A DNA stretch of 64,000 nt, taken from positions 8,556,001 through 8,620,000 of the forward strand of contig NC_043016.1 in the NCBI RefSeq assembly GCF_006345805.1. The letters run 5' to 3'. This DNA comes from Octopus sinensis. Lineage: Eukaryota. The translations under genes were made by a program, and so were the position numbers. A model generated the notes under the pieces. The model made no database searches, was not told where the DNA came from, and saw only the letters and a list, made by a program, of their open reading frames with translations. This document shows positions 26,351 to 38,385 of this stretch, in pieces (position 1 is the first letter of the stretch; each line of letters starts with the position of its first letter).

Positions 26351-27051
26351 AATTTCTGTTACATATAATGAAATTGCTCTACCTTTCATTAATTACCACC
26401 AAAGTGTTAAGGAATGAAAGTCTGTGACATACAGGGAGCTACTGATAGTTTCAAATTTTAAGATGAGATAAAAACAAAATTAACAGACATACTTAAGAGT
26501 TTTTTTTTTATCAGCAGGTTATGATGACATGAGAAAAAATGAGTATGTATATCAAAAAAAAAAAAAGTATGTATATCCAATAAAAATTTTAAAATATATA
26601 ATCTCCAAAATAAACTTATATTGAACATTTCAGACAAAATATGTTCCTGTATTTGATTAACAACTCTGTGCAATTCAGCATCAGATTTTTCTCACATTAA
26701 CAAGGGCTCAGTGTTTAGAGCGTCGAGCTTACGATCATGAGGTTGTGAGCTCGAATCCTGGACCGGGCTGCGTGTTGTGTTCTTGAGCAAAGCACTTTAT
26801 TTCACGTTGCTCCAGTTCACTCAGCTGTAGAAATGAGTTGCGAAGTCACAGGTGCCAAGCTGTATCGACCTTTGTCTTTCCCTTGGATAACACTGGTGGC
26901 GTGGAGAGGGGAGGCCGGTATGCATGGCTGGTCTTCCATAAACTGGTCTTCCATAAACAACCTTGCCCGGACTTGTGTCTAGCAGGGTAACTTTCTAGGT
27001 GCAATCCCATGGTCATTCATGACCGAAGGGGGTCTTTACTTTTTTTTTTAC

Positions 27052-29665
27052 TAGAGAGCTATAATCTAGTAGACTGTTACAGACTGGATGAGCCGAGAGT
27101 TCCACAGTGGATGTGGAGTAATAACGATGGCTCACACAGATCTTATATAGATAGGGTATTTGTTAGAGAAAGAGATAGGGATACCTTTAGCTGCCCACAA
27201 TTTTGTATTGTGCCTTACACGGATCACAAATTTGTGACATGTGAGGTACATATAGATAAATGTCATAACCAGGGACCCATGTACTGGAAGATGAACAAGT
27301 CTCTTTTGACTTGTAAAGCCTTGCTTGCCTGGATTAAGGAATTAGTACAGAGGGCATTATGTTATGCCATCATTAATAATACATGGTGGCATGCCCTCAA
27401 GAGAGCCATCCATTTAGAGTCTATTAGATTTAGCAACCAGCTAAGTTTAGATAAATCTAGAATAGAAAGGGAAGTAGTTAAGAATTTAGACGAGGCTTTG
27501 GAATCTGGCTCTGCAGACAGAGTGCTGGCGGTGAGAACAGTCTTGTACCATCACCGCAAAGCCAAACACGAAGGCTGTAGAGTTAGAGCTAAGCTACATG
27601 CAGTGGGTCAAGAAGGTATTAATGTTGCCAGATGGGCCTGTCATTTGGAGTGTCAAAGAGGCAAAAAGCCTCTATAAAGTCTTTAACTGATGAACAGAGG
27701 TGCAAGATCTATGGACAGGAGAAGATGCAGAAGGCTTTTCCCCAGCATTTCACCTGGTTGTTTGGCAAGTTGACGAGCTTGAGTGTGGGGAATCCCTAAA
27801 GGGCTTCCTCGCTGGTGGGCAGCAACTCTTGGCACATGAGGCGGAATGCTGTTAAAGACCAATTACACCTGCGGAGGTAAAAGAGGTGTTGGCCGAGTGC
27901 GCCGGGAACAAGTCGCCGAGACTGGATGGTCTACCCTATGAGTTTTATCATAGTATGCCGGACTTGTTCGGGGACCTGCTGGCAGGCATCTACACAAACT
28001 GGCAACGGCAACAGGATGGGAAGATTTCCAGCTCTGTGAGTCAGGGAGTGGTGACACTGATCCAGAAGGACCTGAGCAAGGGGGACAGTGTAAGTAATTA
28101 CAGGCCCATAACTCTACTCAATGTAGAGTTAAAGATTTTGGCCAAGGTGTTAGTTAAAAGGTTGACGCGTGTTGTGGAGAAGCTTATAGGGAAAGCACAG
28201 ACATGCGCCATTCTGGGCAGATCGATCCAGGACAATCTTCACCTTATACGCTACACCTTAGACAGGGTGGGTAAATTAACCAGCAAAGGTGGGGCACTGG
28301 TCTATTTAGACCAAAGTAAAGTGTTTGATAGGGTGGACTACCTGGAGGTGGTTCTTGAAGTGGCTGGGCCAGACTTCCATATGTGGATCTCCATAATGTC
28401 CAGACAGGCTCTATCCCTGAAAGGAAGAGCAGAGGTAGTACAGGTGTTTATCACATCTGTAATCACCTACCGCCTAACCATAGCCACGAGTCGGAGCAAA
28501 GCCCCGACATGTGACTAAACAAGTTGGAGTGCCTCTTTTTACGCTTTTTGTGGAAGGGAGGAAAGCCACTTATAAGGTGCTTCGTCTGCTACCAGGAACT
28601 GCTAAAGAGTGGGTTAGAGATGCCCTGGCTTATGATTCACAAACATGCATTGAGGCTGAGACATCGCTGGTGCTACCTGGAGGGTGACAAGGTGTGGAAT
28701 CCGCTGGCAGAGGAATTCTTCCCACAACCATCCTCTTTGGAGAGATTCAAACCCAGTTTTATTAAAAGACGCAATCTGACAGAATGGCAAAAGGAGTGTC
28801 GACAGGCACTTGTGCTGATCCACAAGACGGGCAAGGCCAGCAGTGGGAATACCACCTCAGTTTTGTATACAGAGCTGGTAGAATTTATTTAAAAACGATG
28901 ATGTCCTAGGAGGGGCTCTAGGGTTTGATGACAAACTACTTACCAACCTGTTCCAAAAGACATTCAGGCCGGGGTATTTGGATAATTATCAAAAAACCCT
29001 GACCTGGCAGTGCTACAGAAATGCTTTACCTGTTCACGATAAGTTATCCAGGCATGGAATGTCAGTGCCAGCAACATGTCCAAGATGTGAGTTGGATGAT
29101 CAAATTGTCCAGCATGCATTTGTACACTGCCGGAAGCTTTCAGGCTTGATAGTTTACGTTGAACATGTGTTGTCACATTTAGGCAGAGTACAGCTATCAG
29201 CAGAATCTATAATAAAGATTGTGCCACCCACCGGACTCTTGAAGGAAAGTGGGGCATGTTTTTACAGTGGCAATGTTGAAATAGTGTGTTTGGAAGACTA
29301 GACTGCAAGGACTCGTGATGGGAACCTTCCTCTCTGGCCCCGAATTGCTCACCTTTTTCAGATATCATCTGAAGAGCAAGATAGGGCTGCAGAGGAGACG
29401 ACTGTTGCGAGGTGTGTTTCACAAAAGATGGAAGGCTGTGGTAAGAAAGGTGCGTGCAAGTGACCCTGCTTAATCTTCATGGAAAAGGAAAAAGGTGTAG
29501 TTGCTGAGCTCTTCAGCCCATCAAGTTTTACCCCAAAAATGTCAAATTATATATCATCCTAAATTTTTTAAATTCAAATATCATTCAAACTCATTATAAC
29601 AATAATTGTTTGTATTGCCCTGTTTTGTCCCCTCTGTGTATTATAATAATTATCTTAATAAAACA
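27052..29665 (+). mobile_element. Tx1/L1-clade LINE, 5'-truncated, internally deleted, frameshifted
   Basis: APE C-term (YIDRVF..TDHKFV..GPMYWKMNKSLL); RT N-term (KSPRLDGLPYEFY, NYRPITLLNVELKILAKVL, DQSKVFDRVD); zf-RVT (CPRC..HAFVHC); AATAAA near 29657. Confidence 0.9.
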
Positions 29666-29688
29666 TTCACCTCTAACCAAACAGTTAT

Positions 29689-29733
29689 TCTGTGCTGATG
29701 AAGGAAAATAACCCGGAAATTGCAATACACAGA
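29689..29733 (+). ncRNA. Degenerate type-I hammerhead-like motif (fourth family)
   Basis: TCTGTG CTGATGA AGG-aaaataa-CCCG GAAA TTGCAA TA CACAGA. 6-bp stem I, palindromic ATTGCAAT; stem II imperfect. Confidence 0.55.
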
Positions 29734-29959
29734 TATTGTTTTGAGCTGAGTGGGAGTGCTAGATTACCTTGTTCCCAAATATGGACACAGATCATGTTGT
29801 ATAGCCAGCTGGAGACGATGTCTCCTGGGGGCTAAATCACAGCAGCATTTGTCCTAAACCAGGACTGCCATGTTTACTCCAAAGTACTGTTGCTGAATAT
29901 CTCTTGTGAGATTTACAAATAGTAATTTTCTAAGAAAATTTAAGCATGTAAAAATAAAT

Positions 29960-30900
29960 GATGTGAATACCAAATTACAGTTAGTGATATCTTGATTATA
30001 AATGTGGATATGTGGAAAAATAATGGTAAACTGAGATTACATAAAACAGCAAAAATAGTGTGTGGTGTAACAGGCAATAAATTACATTCCATGGGCAAAA
30101 CATGTATCAAAGTCACATTTTGAGGAGAGACAAGCAAAGCAAAATTATTCATTGTGGATAATACAATCAATCTGTTTGGCACAGATTGGTTAGAACTATT
30201 CGATTTATGGCATCTCCGCATAAATCTTTACTGCAATAACATAAGTGGCTGCCCCATTAAAAACAATTCTTTGGAAGAACTGAAGAAAAAATTGAATAAA
30301 ATGTCCCCGCAAGTGTTATAAGAGGATTTAGGTCTATGTAGAAAGATGGAAGCCTATTTCCAAATAAGTGAAACACTGTACCTGTATTTAAAGCAAACAG
30401 AAAAGTACCGTTCGCAGCAATTGAAACCATAAATGAAGATTAGACGGACTCGAAAAGAGCAGAGTTATCAAAAAGGTGGATTACTTGAAGTGTACGGTAC
30501 CCACAGTATGTATTAAAAAATATAAGATTAGGCCGTGTGCTGATTTCTCTACAAGACTGAATGAATGCTTAAAAACATACCACCATCCACTCTTGACTGG
30601 AGAGAAAACTTTTCAAAATTAAATGGTGGAAATTTTTTTTCCAGATTAGATCTGCCTGAAGCCTATTTACAGATAGAAGTAAATGAAAAATGCTCAAAGT
30701 ATTTGACAATAAATACAAACAGAGGATTGTAAAGATACATTCGATTGTCTTTTGGATTAAAAATGGCATCAGCAATATTCCAGCAAATCATGGATACTAT
30801 GTTATCTGGTTGTGAATTTGCAATCCTGTACTTGAACGATATTTTGATCAAAAGTAATTCTCATGAACAGCATGTGGAACACAAAAAAGCTATAGTTAAG
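29960..30900 (+). mobile_element. Ty3/Gypsy pol remnant (protease and RT)
   Basis: TVSDILIIN..NLFGTDWLELFDLW (protease region); RKVPFAA; FSRLDLPEAYLQIEV..RLSFGLKMASAIFQQIMDTMLSG..YLNDILI, with stops and frameshifts. Confidence 0.88.
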
Positions 30901-31047
30901 AAAATTTAAGTTTTTGTGACAACCAGTACTTAACACAACAAAGCTTATACAAAGCTTTACATTTTACTATTGACAATCGTTTTCTAAAAAAGTGAAACCG
31001 GTCAAGTGAATAAAATCTTTTAAAATTGCATTTTCAAACCTTCTTTC

Positions 31048-31115
31048 ATATATATATATATACACACACTTTTATATGTGTATATATAAATATATATGTG
31101 TGTGTATATATATAT

Positions 31116-31168
<53 letters not shown>

Positions 31169-31619
31169 GTGTATATATATATATATATGTATATATATAT
31201 GTATATATATATGTGTATATATATATATATATGTATATGTATATATATATGTATGTATATATATATATATGTATATATATATGTATATGTATATATGTAT
31301 ATATATATATGTATATATATATGTATATATATATAATGTATATATATATATGTATATATTATGTATATATATATGTATATATGTATATATAATATGTATA
31401 TATATATGTATATATATATATGTATATATATATATGTATATTATATATATATATGTATGTATATATAAGATTAATCAGCCGAAATTACTACGATGATCCG
31501 GTTCTTGACTGAAGACTGAGGGGTTCGAATGTCCTGTCCATGTTTATTGTATCGTCTTCTATGAGTTATACGTTCTTGTCCATGTTGTATTTTTCTACAT
31601 ACCTTAATATATATATATG

Positions 31620-31652
<33 letters not shown>

Positions 31653-31657
31653 GTATG

Positions 31658-31691
<34 letters not shown>

Positions 31692-31734
31692 ATGTATATA
31701 TATATACATATATATGTGTATATATATATATACA

Positions 31735-31791
<57 letters not shown>

Positions 31792-31825
31792 GTGGTATAT
31801 ATATATATATGTGTGTATATATATA

Positions 31826-31914
<89 letters not shown>

Positions 31915-31922
31915 ATATATAT

Positions 31923-31954
<32 letters not shown>

Positions 31955-31960
31955 TGCACA
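31048..31960. repeat. Large (TA)/(TATG)/(TG) microsatellite field with a 140-bp non-repetitive island (31469-31608)
   Basis: Direct reading; the ORFs here are IY/CV repeat artefacts. Confidence 0.95.
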
Positions 31961-32368
31961 TATACACAGTAAAATTAGTCACAAACAATCTTATGTAGCA
32001 TTAATAATGAATCATGTAATGCTGTATTAAGATCCTTTTCACTTTCTATTCTAAATGGTTACAATGTGGAAGACACCATTTAGGCATTCAGTCACACACA
32101 AAAACTAATAACGGATTATAAAATAACAAATAATAAACGCTTTTAAGTAAAGCTAACAGTCTTTGCGTGTTTTTTCAATGGCAAACGTATCTTTCATACC
32201 ATAATGATTTTCGTTTCAACATGTGATCTCAAGATCAAATCACATGTCTGGTAATTACACTGCCAAAATTTAAATCATTAATGTTATCAAATCATGAATT
32301 ACAACAAATTAAGCAGTTTATAATTATGCTGTAAAATTAGAAATATAAAAAAAAAAAAAAGCCCTTAC

Positions 32369-32480
32369 CTTGGTAACGTTGATCCGTCGATTTTGTAAGT
32401 TTGGAAATTCGTTACATACTGAGGTAATTCAACATGGTGAACTAACCAATCGACGACATCATCAACAGTCCAGTTGTAGA
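32369..32480 (-). CDS. STIM: STIM internal exon (equivalent to STIM1 exon 4; SAM domain N-half)
   Basis: 112 bp, acceptor ttttttctttctttttAG, donor GTaaggg. Translates (V)YNWTVDDVVDWLVHHVELPQYVTNFQTYKIDGSTLP(R), matching [21 protein letters not shown]. Phase 1 to 2; in frame with the neighbouring exons. Confidence 0.97.
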
Positions 32481-33854
32481 CTAAAAAGAAAGAAAAAATA
32501 AAACAGAAGAGAAATTAACATCAGAGATGTACTTGCATAGCAAGTGACTTAATCTGAGGTCGTGTGCTGGAACGAAAACAATTGCAGCGTGGAGGGTGTT
32601 TATAAGCCATTTAAGAAACACACAGAAACTGTTAGATTCACTTCAACATTTAAATTTAATTTGTCAAAATATTTTCGTCGCTTTCAGACCGCGACCTGTT
32701 CACTGACAAAACTTTGTGCACAAAGCTTATAAACACGTTCCACGCTGCGAAAATTAACATCGTTATCTTTTTAATCCTTTAGCATTTAAACCAGCCACAT
32801 TTGACTGAAATATTCTGTTTTATATTTGAATCAGCTTAATCTGACCTCTTACACCTACCCTACAATGTCATTCTAAGAAAAGTAAATCACAATGCTGAAC
32901 TCTCAAAGCTACAAGATAATGCATGATTAATTCAAAACAATATGACTGAGAATACATACTTTTGACAGAGTAATCTGAAAGGGTTAAATAACATTTTTTT
33001 TATCAAACATGCAGTATTTGATGGCATAAAAGAGCACAAGTATATTAAACACATCCCAATTTCAGAAGAGTATATTCAAGATCCAATTCGATGACTGGCA
33101 TCCATGCTAGTGGAGCACTAAGAGCACCATCTGAGTGTGATCGTTGCCAGAGCGGCTAACTGGCGTTCGTGCCAGTGGGATGTAAAAAGCACCATTCGAG
33201 CGTGATCATTACCAGCGTCGCCTTTACTGGTACTTGTGCCAGTGTGCAGGTGGCACGTAAAAAAGCACCATTTGGGCATGGCCATTGCCAGTACCGCCTG
33301 ACTGGCCCTCATGCCGGTGGCACATAAAAGCACGTACTACACTCTCGGAGTGGTAGGCATTGGGAAGGGCATCCAGCTGTAGAAACTTTGCCTGATCAGA
33401 TTGAAGCCTGGTGCAGCCATCTGGTTCACCAGTCCTCAGTCAAATCGTCCAACCCATGCTAGCATGGAAAGCGGACGTTAAATGATGATGTTGATGATGT
33501 AAAATTCTAGTGCATTAACCCTTTAACATTTGACGGATTCTCCTGTTGAAGATAGCATGAGCATTCAGCTTTTTCTCGAATGACCTGCGCAAACGGATTT
33601 GTTTATAATGATCAAATGTATGTGCTGTACATGAGCTCACTCTCTCTCTCTCTCTCTCTCCATCAAAATCAACGTTACCTGAACAGGTGCACTGTGTACC
33701 AAGCATCAGGTGTTGAAGTGATTGTAGAGCAATGTGAGATGAAGTGTTTTGATCAAGAACACAACGCAACACCCGGTCTAGGAATTGAAGTCATAATCTC
33801 CTTATCGAGAGTGCAATGTCCTCATATCTAGACCAAAATTATTTGTCGGCGTAA

Positions 33855-34009
33855 CTTCGGTATAGGTACCGGAAGTACCAGATACATTTCAAGAAAGTGT
33901 TTTTTTTTCATATATATAAATATGGGAGGCTGGGGTTAGGGGTGGGAGAAAAGGGTTTCTGCTATCTTCAGAAATGTAAAAATAGCCACTTCCAGTACCT
34001 ATACCGAAG
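33855..34009. mobile_element. 155-bp element with 22-bp inverted termini
   Basis: CTTCGGTATAGGTACCGGAAGT / ACTTCCAGTACCTATACCGAAG. Confidence 0.75.
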
Positions 34010-34895
34010 GATTGCCTTATTTATCTGTTTTATGTTCAAACTGACTGGATCTGGCCTCTCACACCAATCCTAGGAAGTCATTCTCAAACTAAACAATCAC
34101 ATCATCAAAATCTGAAACCTACAAGGAAATGCATGATTAATTCAAAACTAAGTGGATAAGCACTACATTTGCCAGAATAATCTGAAGGGTTAAAGTATGT
34201 AGTACAGGTACAACTTTGCAGATTGGACTCAGGGTGATCTTTTTTAACCCTTTAGCATTCAGATTGTTCTGTCAAATATAATGCTTATTTATTGATATTG
34301 TTTAGAATTAATCATTCATTATCTCACAGCTTCAAAATTTCAATTATGTGATTGTTTCCTTTAACAATGACATTATATAGTAGGTGTGAGAGACTGGATC
34401 TGGTTGGTTTGAACATTAAACAGGTAAAATATTTGGACCAGATATGGCTGGTCTAAATGCCAGAGGGTTGAAAACATGAATTCCATATACCCTCAAATAC
34501 AGTAAATCTTATATTTACCATCTCTGCAGAATATAGCAGGACTGTCTATCGTCTTGATTCATTCATAATATCTGTCTTCAGCTCCTATTCTAATTTGGAT
34601 TTGTTCATTTTGCTAACACTCTTTCTCCAGCACTGCCCCTTTCTCTATCTTTACTCAGTCAAAAAATTAAACTTCAGCTTTTAGCCAGGCGACCGCCCTC
34701 TTTCTAATTTGCATGAGTAACTGAGTCTTTCTTGGAGTCCATAAAACAAGGACTGATTCTTCTTTGTAATTGTAAACATTTCAATGAGATTCAGTTCTTT
34801 TTTTTTAACCATTTCACAACAAGACTCATCTAGTTTACACTAAATGAACAAGTTGTCAGTAACTGATTCAGGGATCCATATTATTTTTTTAAATT

Positions 34896-35335
34896 GTAGA
34901 GTGGCTGTGTGATAAGTAGCTTGCTTACCAGCCATGTGGTTCCAGATTCAGTCCCACTGCGTGGCACCTTGGGTAAGTGTCTTCAACCATAGCCTCAGGC
35001 CGACCAAAGCCTTATGAGTGGATTTGGTAGATGGAAGTTGAAAGAAGCCCGTCGTATATATATATATATATATATATATGCATATATGTGTGTGTGTATG
35101 TGTGTGCATGTGTGTATGTTTGTGTGTCTGTGTTTGTCCCCCCAACATCGCTTGACAACCGATGCTGGTGTGTTTACGTCCCCGTAACTTAGTGGTTCAG
35201 CAACAGAGACTGATAAAATAAGTACTGGGCTTACAATGTATAAGTCCTGGGGCCGATTTGCTTGACTAAAGGCAGTGCACCAGCATGGCCACAGTCAAAA
35301 TGACTGAAACAAGTAAAAGAGTAAAAGATTAAAGA
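34896..35335 (+). mobile_element. tRNA-derived CORE-like SINE, family A (other + copies: 1-225, 25217-25650, 25740-25960, 41319-41760, 53185-53545, 53804-54225, 58286-58690)
   Basis: A-box TGGCTGTGTG, B-box-like GGTTCAGTCCC, core-like ACCTTGGGCAAGTG, internal (TA)/(TG) tract, tail ATGACTGAAACAAGTAAAAGAG. Confidence 0.88.
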
Positions 35336-35522
35336 GAGTCCAATTCAAAAATTATTATTAATTTTCACTGTTACATCCGGTTGAGATGTTAAACAAAACA
35401 TTCATTATCTTTAAAAGGCTGACGAGGTCAATTTGACCTTTCATCTTATCAAGGTTGATAAATCCAAAGTAGTGAACTGGCAGAATTGTTAGAGTATCTG
35501 ACAAAACCCTGGTAATATCTTT

Positions 35523-35915
35523 ATTCTTTACTTGTGTCAGTTGTTTGACTGCGGCTACGCTGGAGCACTGCCTTTAGTCGAGCAAATCGACCCCCATGAC
35601 TTATTCTTTGTAAGCCTAGTACTTATTTTATCGGTTTCTTTTGCTGAACCACAAAGTTACGAGGGACATAACCACACCAGCATCGGTTGTCAAGCGATGT
35701 TGGGGGGACAAATACAGACATACAAACATATACACACACATACATATATATATACGACGGGCTTCTTTCAGTTTCCATCTACCAAATCCACTCACAAGGC
35801 TTTGGTTGGCCTGAGGCTATAGTAGAAAACACTTGCCCAAGGTGCCACACGGTGGAACTGAACCCATAACCATATGGTTGGTAAGCAAGCTAATTACCAC
35901 ACTACCACTCCTGCA
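35523..35915 (-). mobile_element. SINE family A, minus copy (others: 21765-22290, 22860-23240, 45295-45640, 51825-52030, 55290-55600, 58765-59095)
   Basis: Reverse complement of the family A consensus. Confidence 0.88.
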
Positions 35916-36503
35916 TGTTTTTTTTTTTTTCTTTTTAATTAAAATTTCAAATTCTTCATGGGTGCTGCTGGTTGGAACCAATTACTAACTCAACTACAAA
36001 AGCATCCTGCTCAACCTGCAATGGGATAGGTAAGCCTACAACCAACATGAATAAGCAGATAGTTATTTGCCAAGAACTTTCATCCAGCAGTAGTTTGACA
36101 ACAGCCGGATAGAGGGGGGGAGTTGGGGGCGATTAACTACATCTCCTCCCACCTTTAGTTTCTCTAGCTTCTCCTTTAACACAAGTACTCTCCTTCTTCT
36201 TGGTATATAATCATCCCCTTCACTTATCTCTCAAACTTTACCATGCAGTGGTGCTGATTACATTATCATGCTGTTGCCACATGACCATCACTGTAAATCA
36301 TGACCTTTAGGCGCTCTAACACATATAAACACAGACACACACACGCGACCACACATACAATTGACCTTTAGGATTTCACACTTTACTATAGATAGGTTAA
36401 CTAGTGTTCGATGATAAATATACCGACATATTTTTGACCAAGTATTTCCAGTAATACACAAATGCAATTGGTAGAATTGTTTGCAAGCCGGATACAGTGT
36501 GTT

Positions 36504-36840
36504 GTGGTAACAATTCCAGTTCTTTGTGCTCCAAGATCAAATTCTGCTGAGGTCAACTTAGCCATTCAGCCTCTGAGATAAAAAAATGAAAATGCCAGTC
36601 CATAATAATGGATTGGTAGAGTTGATAAGATTTTGGAAGAGTGGTAACAATTCCAGTTCTTTGTGCTCCAAGATCAAATTCTGCCGAGGTCAACTTAGCC
36701 ATACAGCCTCCGAGATGGAAAAAAGAAAATGCCAATCCATAATAATGGATTGGTAGAGTTGATAAGATTTTGGAAGAGATGACTTGTTATATCTGTTCCA
36801 GCATTTTATGCTCCAAGATCAAATTCTGCCGAGGTATTCA
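36504..36840. repeat. 137-bp tandem duplication (~2.4 copies)
   Basis: GTGGTAACAATTCCAGTTC at 36504 and 36641; degenerate third copy. Confidence 0.9.
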
Positions 36841-37031
36841 AATCCTACTGAATGGGTATATCACCACTCTTTGCACATTGAAAGAAAAAGTGTCAAGGTG
36901 AACCCTGACAGACTACGACACTGGACAGGCTTCCCCAATCATCTCAACACATTTGTTCTGTCAATACAAGCAAGAGCTTAGAAGACCAAACGGAACAGAG
37001 ATTGAGATCATAGCTATTTCACTAGGCTAGT

Positions 37032-37085
<54 letters not shown>

Positions 37086-37140
37086 TTTCGTTTTTGGATT
37101 TGGTTTGCAAGATTCTTTTATGAGTTTGCGTGTTGAAGCA

Positions 37141-37328
37141 TATTCTGTTGTGTCTGGGAAAAGTAATTTTTTTGTGCCTTATTATGTAACACACTCACCG
37201 GTAAAATTTCCACTTTTTTTTTCTTTTTTTTAGGACAATAAAAATAAGAAAAACATGGAAATTTTACCAGTGAGTGTGTTAAATAATAAGGCACAAAAAG
37301 AAAATGACTCTCCCCAGACACAATAGAA
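37141..37328. repeat. ~75-bp-arm foldback between (AAT)n tracts
   Basis: TATTCTGTTGTGTCTGGG..GGTAAAATTTCCA / TGGAAATTTTACC..CCCAGACACAATAGAATA. Confidence 0.8.
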
Positions 37329-37345
37329 TAATAATAATAATGATG

Positions 37346-37399
<54 letters not shown>

Positions 37400-38385
37400 T
37401 GCAATAATGATAATGAAATAATAATAACATGCAATAATGTAACACAAACTTACTTAACAATGAGGAAATGCCTCTGACACTGCAAACGAAAGCAATGTAA
37501 TAATAAATAAAAATTGAAAAGGCTTGTGTGTGGAACATCTGAGACTGTAACATTATTTAATGTACCCCACCACCACCACCACCATTGCCCCAACTTTGCT
37601 TATGGACTTCCCAAGCCTATAACTGTTTTCATTGATTCTTGTGGGACACAGTATTTTTCCATTCACAGGAGACAGGGCTTGAACTCAGAACCCACAGATC
37701 CATAACAGCAATTACTAAGGCACCACATGTGACAATAACAATTCTGCCAATCAACTGTCCCAGACTGGTACTTCGTGTATGGACCCAGAAAGATACAAGT
37801 AGTCAAGTTCAAATCCACTGTGAGATTTGATCTCTGATATAGCAAGAAGTTGGAATAAATATCAACAGGAATTCTCTGCATCCTGCTAATGAACCTTACC
37901 ATTCCATCATCTTTCTGGTAGGGTTAAGAAAAAGAATTCTCAAGATAAGATACTTGCGAATAGCTATTCACATTTGTGGATATTTTTTTAATCCACTTTA
38001 GTCTATGAAAAGATAATTAAATAAAGCCAATTTAATTGTTTAATTGTCTTTGATTAGAAATTGATTAAACCAACACCACCACAACAACAACAATCCTCAC
38101 TACACCACCACCTTCACCACCACTAGCCTCAATGACAACCGTGATCAACACCATTACTAACATCGCAGTTGCTGCCACCACCACCAAACCTTTAGCATAT
38201 ATCTATATAAATAAAGATGAGAATGTGTGTGTGTGAATGAATCACAAAATCAGATTCAGTGTGAAAAAGAACAATCATAATATCAAATTTGAAAATTTTC
38301 ACTTAATTTTAAATCAAAAAATTTGTGGTGGTGCTCCAGCATGACCACAGCTGCATGGCTGAAATGAGTAAAAGAGTAACAGAAA

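Noticed and set aside
30990-31012. GAAACCGGTC hammerhead 3' half
   Set aside because: No CTGANGA box or stem I partner upstream.
31026-32030. Long IY/CV/TH-rich ORFs (and similar ORFs across the window)
   Set aside because: Translation artefacts of di-, tri- and tetranucleotide microsatellites.
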